A stretch of 64,000 nucleotides of DNA from a virus. The notes beneath the pieces were generated by a model. It searched no databases and was not told the DNA's origin. It saw only the letters and a program-made list of their open reading frames with translations. The stretch lies in IMG/VR virus record IMGVR_UViG_3300047510_002509, one strand, 5' to 3'. The position numbers and the translations under genes were made by a program. Each line of letters opens with the position of its first letter. Within the stretch, counting starts at the first letter, position 1. Shown piece after piece: positions 62,644 through 64,000 of the stretch.

Positions 62644-63999
62644 TTATTTCACCTTCCTAACTTTTCCACTAGTAGTTCTTCTACGAGTTCCATCCATTTT
62701 TCCTGTTGCTCCACCGCCAGCGTTTCCACCGCTTCCACCGCTTCCACCGCTAGAGGACCCAGCGGCTCCTGCGGCGGCTGCAGCTGCATTGATAGCAGCT
62801 CCTGCAGCAACAACTGTTGCTACAACCATTTTTTCTGCTTCTTCACGTTCTTCTTCAGACATATCAGCTCCAATGCTTCCTAGAGCTAGAAGCACTTGCC
62901 CTGGGTCAGAAAAAATCTCACTCAGTAGTTCGGCAGGATCTTCTAGAAGAGTTAGTGCTGCAGCAACCTCGGCTGTTATGATAACTGGATTTCCATCCTC
63001 GTCAGTTCTAGTTTCGACTGGGGTCTCTGGTGGCAAATCTTCGTAAGTAAGTCCAGCTTCTAAAAGTTGTTCGGAAGATACAGATTCACCTGGAGCTAAA
63101 TCATCCAAAATAGCTTCAACAACTGCTTCTTTTTCTTCCTGTGTCAAAACACCATCAGATAGAGCATCTTCTATAATTGTTTCTGGTTCAGGTTCAATTT
63201 CAGGTTCTGGAGTTGGCTCTGGTTCAGGTTCAATTTCAGGTTCAATTTCAGGTTCTGGAGTTGGCTCTGGTTCAGGTTCAATTTCAGGTTCAATTTCAGG
63301 TTCAACTTCAGGTTCTGGTTCTATAGGAGGTTCAGGTGTCGTCTCAGGTTCAGGTTCAATTTCAGGGGTTGATGGATTTTCTTCTTCAGGCGTGGTGGGT
63401 TCTGGCTCTGGTTGTGGTTGTGGGTCTTGCGGGCTCTCTGGCTCTGGCTCTGGCTGCGGTTCTGTGGGAACAGGTTCGGGCTCTGGCTGAGGCTGAGGAA
63501 GAGGCTCTGGCTCAGGAGATGGCTCGGGAAGAGTTGGTTGAGGCTGAGGCTCTGGCTGAGGTGCTGGAGTCTGGTTCACCTGTTCTTGTGAGACGACGAT
63601 TTGGGCCGCTGAGACTGCGACGATAGCTTCAACAGTCTCATCAATAGCAACTTGTGCAGAAGCAATAGCGACATCCATCGCAGTTACTGCTGTTTGAGCA
63701 TCTACTAAGTCTTGTTGAGCATTTGTAAGATTTTGCTGAGCAAGTGTTTCTTGAGTTGTTAAGTTTTGTAAGGTTTCAGTTTGTGTTGTTAGGTTTTGCT
63801 CAGCTGTAGCAAGAGTTTGAAGTTGCTCTGGTGTAGCGGTTGAAGTTGTGAATTCAGTGCTAGGAGCTATAACCCAGCCAGTTGAATTGTTGTGACGATA
63901 AAACCAAACACCAGCACCACCACCATTTTCGTAGTAATGTAACTCAAATTCTTTAGTAGTTCCAGCAGATATTACTTGTTCAACAACACTTCCTCCGCC
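62644..63999 (-). CDS. Membrane-anchored PA14-like / coiled-coil / Pro-Glu stalk protein, 5'-truncated
   Basis: Frame open from 63999. [14 protein letters not shown] (PA14-like), a Q/T heptad region, a PE tract, an Ala/Val hydrophobic segment and a basic tail. Confidence 0.75.
   Translation of the reverse strand, partial: GGGSVVEQVISAGTTKEFELHYYENGGGAGVWFYRHNNSTGWVIAPSTEFTTSTATPEQLQTLATAEQNLTTQTETLQNLTTQETLAQQNLTNAQQDLVDAQTAVTAMDVAIASAQVAIDETVEAIVAVSAAQIVVSQEQVNQTPAPQPEPQPQPTLPEPSPEPEPLPQPQPEPEPVPTEPQPEPEPESPQDPQPQPEPEPTTPEEENPSTPEIEPEPETTPEPPIEPEPEVEPEIEPEIEPEPEPTPEPEIEPEIEPEPEPTPEPEIEPEPETIIEDALSDGVLTQEEKEAVVEAILDDLAPGESVSSEQLLEAGLTYEDLPPETPVETRTDEDGNPVIITAEVAAALTLLEDPAELLSEIFSDPGQVLLALGSIGADMSEEEREEAEKMVVATVVAAGAAINAAAAAAGAAGSSSGGSGGSGGNAGGGATGKMDGTRRRTTSGKVRKVK
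63183..63365. repeat. Tandem 6/12-nt repeats encoding (PE)/(IEPE) tract
   Basis: TCAGGT and TCAATTTCAGGT units, with a duplicated [12 protein letters not shown] block. Confidence 0.85.
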
Positions 64000-64000
64000 A

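Noticed and set aside
62534-63046. 170-aa + strand ORF
   Set aside because: It is antisense to the PE-stalk gene and the small membrane gene, which have better coupling and composition.

Overview
This window is 64 kb of a large tailed dsDNA phage, most likely a siphovirus of Actinobacteria. The evidence is two WhiB genes, a cluster-B/Rosebush-like capsid pair, a long tape measure and no sheath gene. No integrase, tRNA or CRISPR array was seen. (1) + strand 1-16.5 kb: capsid pair, tail tube, connectors, tail chaperones with a probable -1 frameshift, tape measure, Dit/Tal-like proteins and a tail fibre with an S74 chaperone. (2) + strand 16.5-26.6 kb: PolA, RuvC-like resolvase, SNF2 helicase, Cas4/RecB-like nuclease, AAA ATPase, SSB, DUF6378 and two WhiB genes. 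(3) - strand 26.6-55.6 kb: a 29 kb block with seven Gly-Pro-Thr collagen-like proteins, two large repeat/Gly-rich proteins, a beta-propeller, a subtilisin, a CBM-like protein, a SAM methyltransferase, a GT2-TPR glycosyltransferase and a flavin-dependent halogenase. (4) 55.6-64 kb: metallophosphoesterase, primase-helicase, terminase large subunit and a PA14/Pro-Glu membrane protein. The best candidate for an undescribed system is block 3, which reads like a phage-encoded, enzymatically tailored collagen coat resembling spore BclA loci. Nested 'Russian-doll' domain insertion in the distal tail protein is also notable. All family calls come from motif recognition by eye, not database searches.
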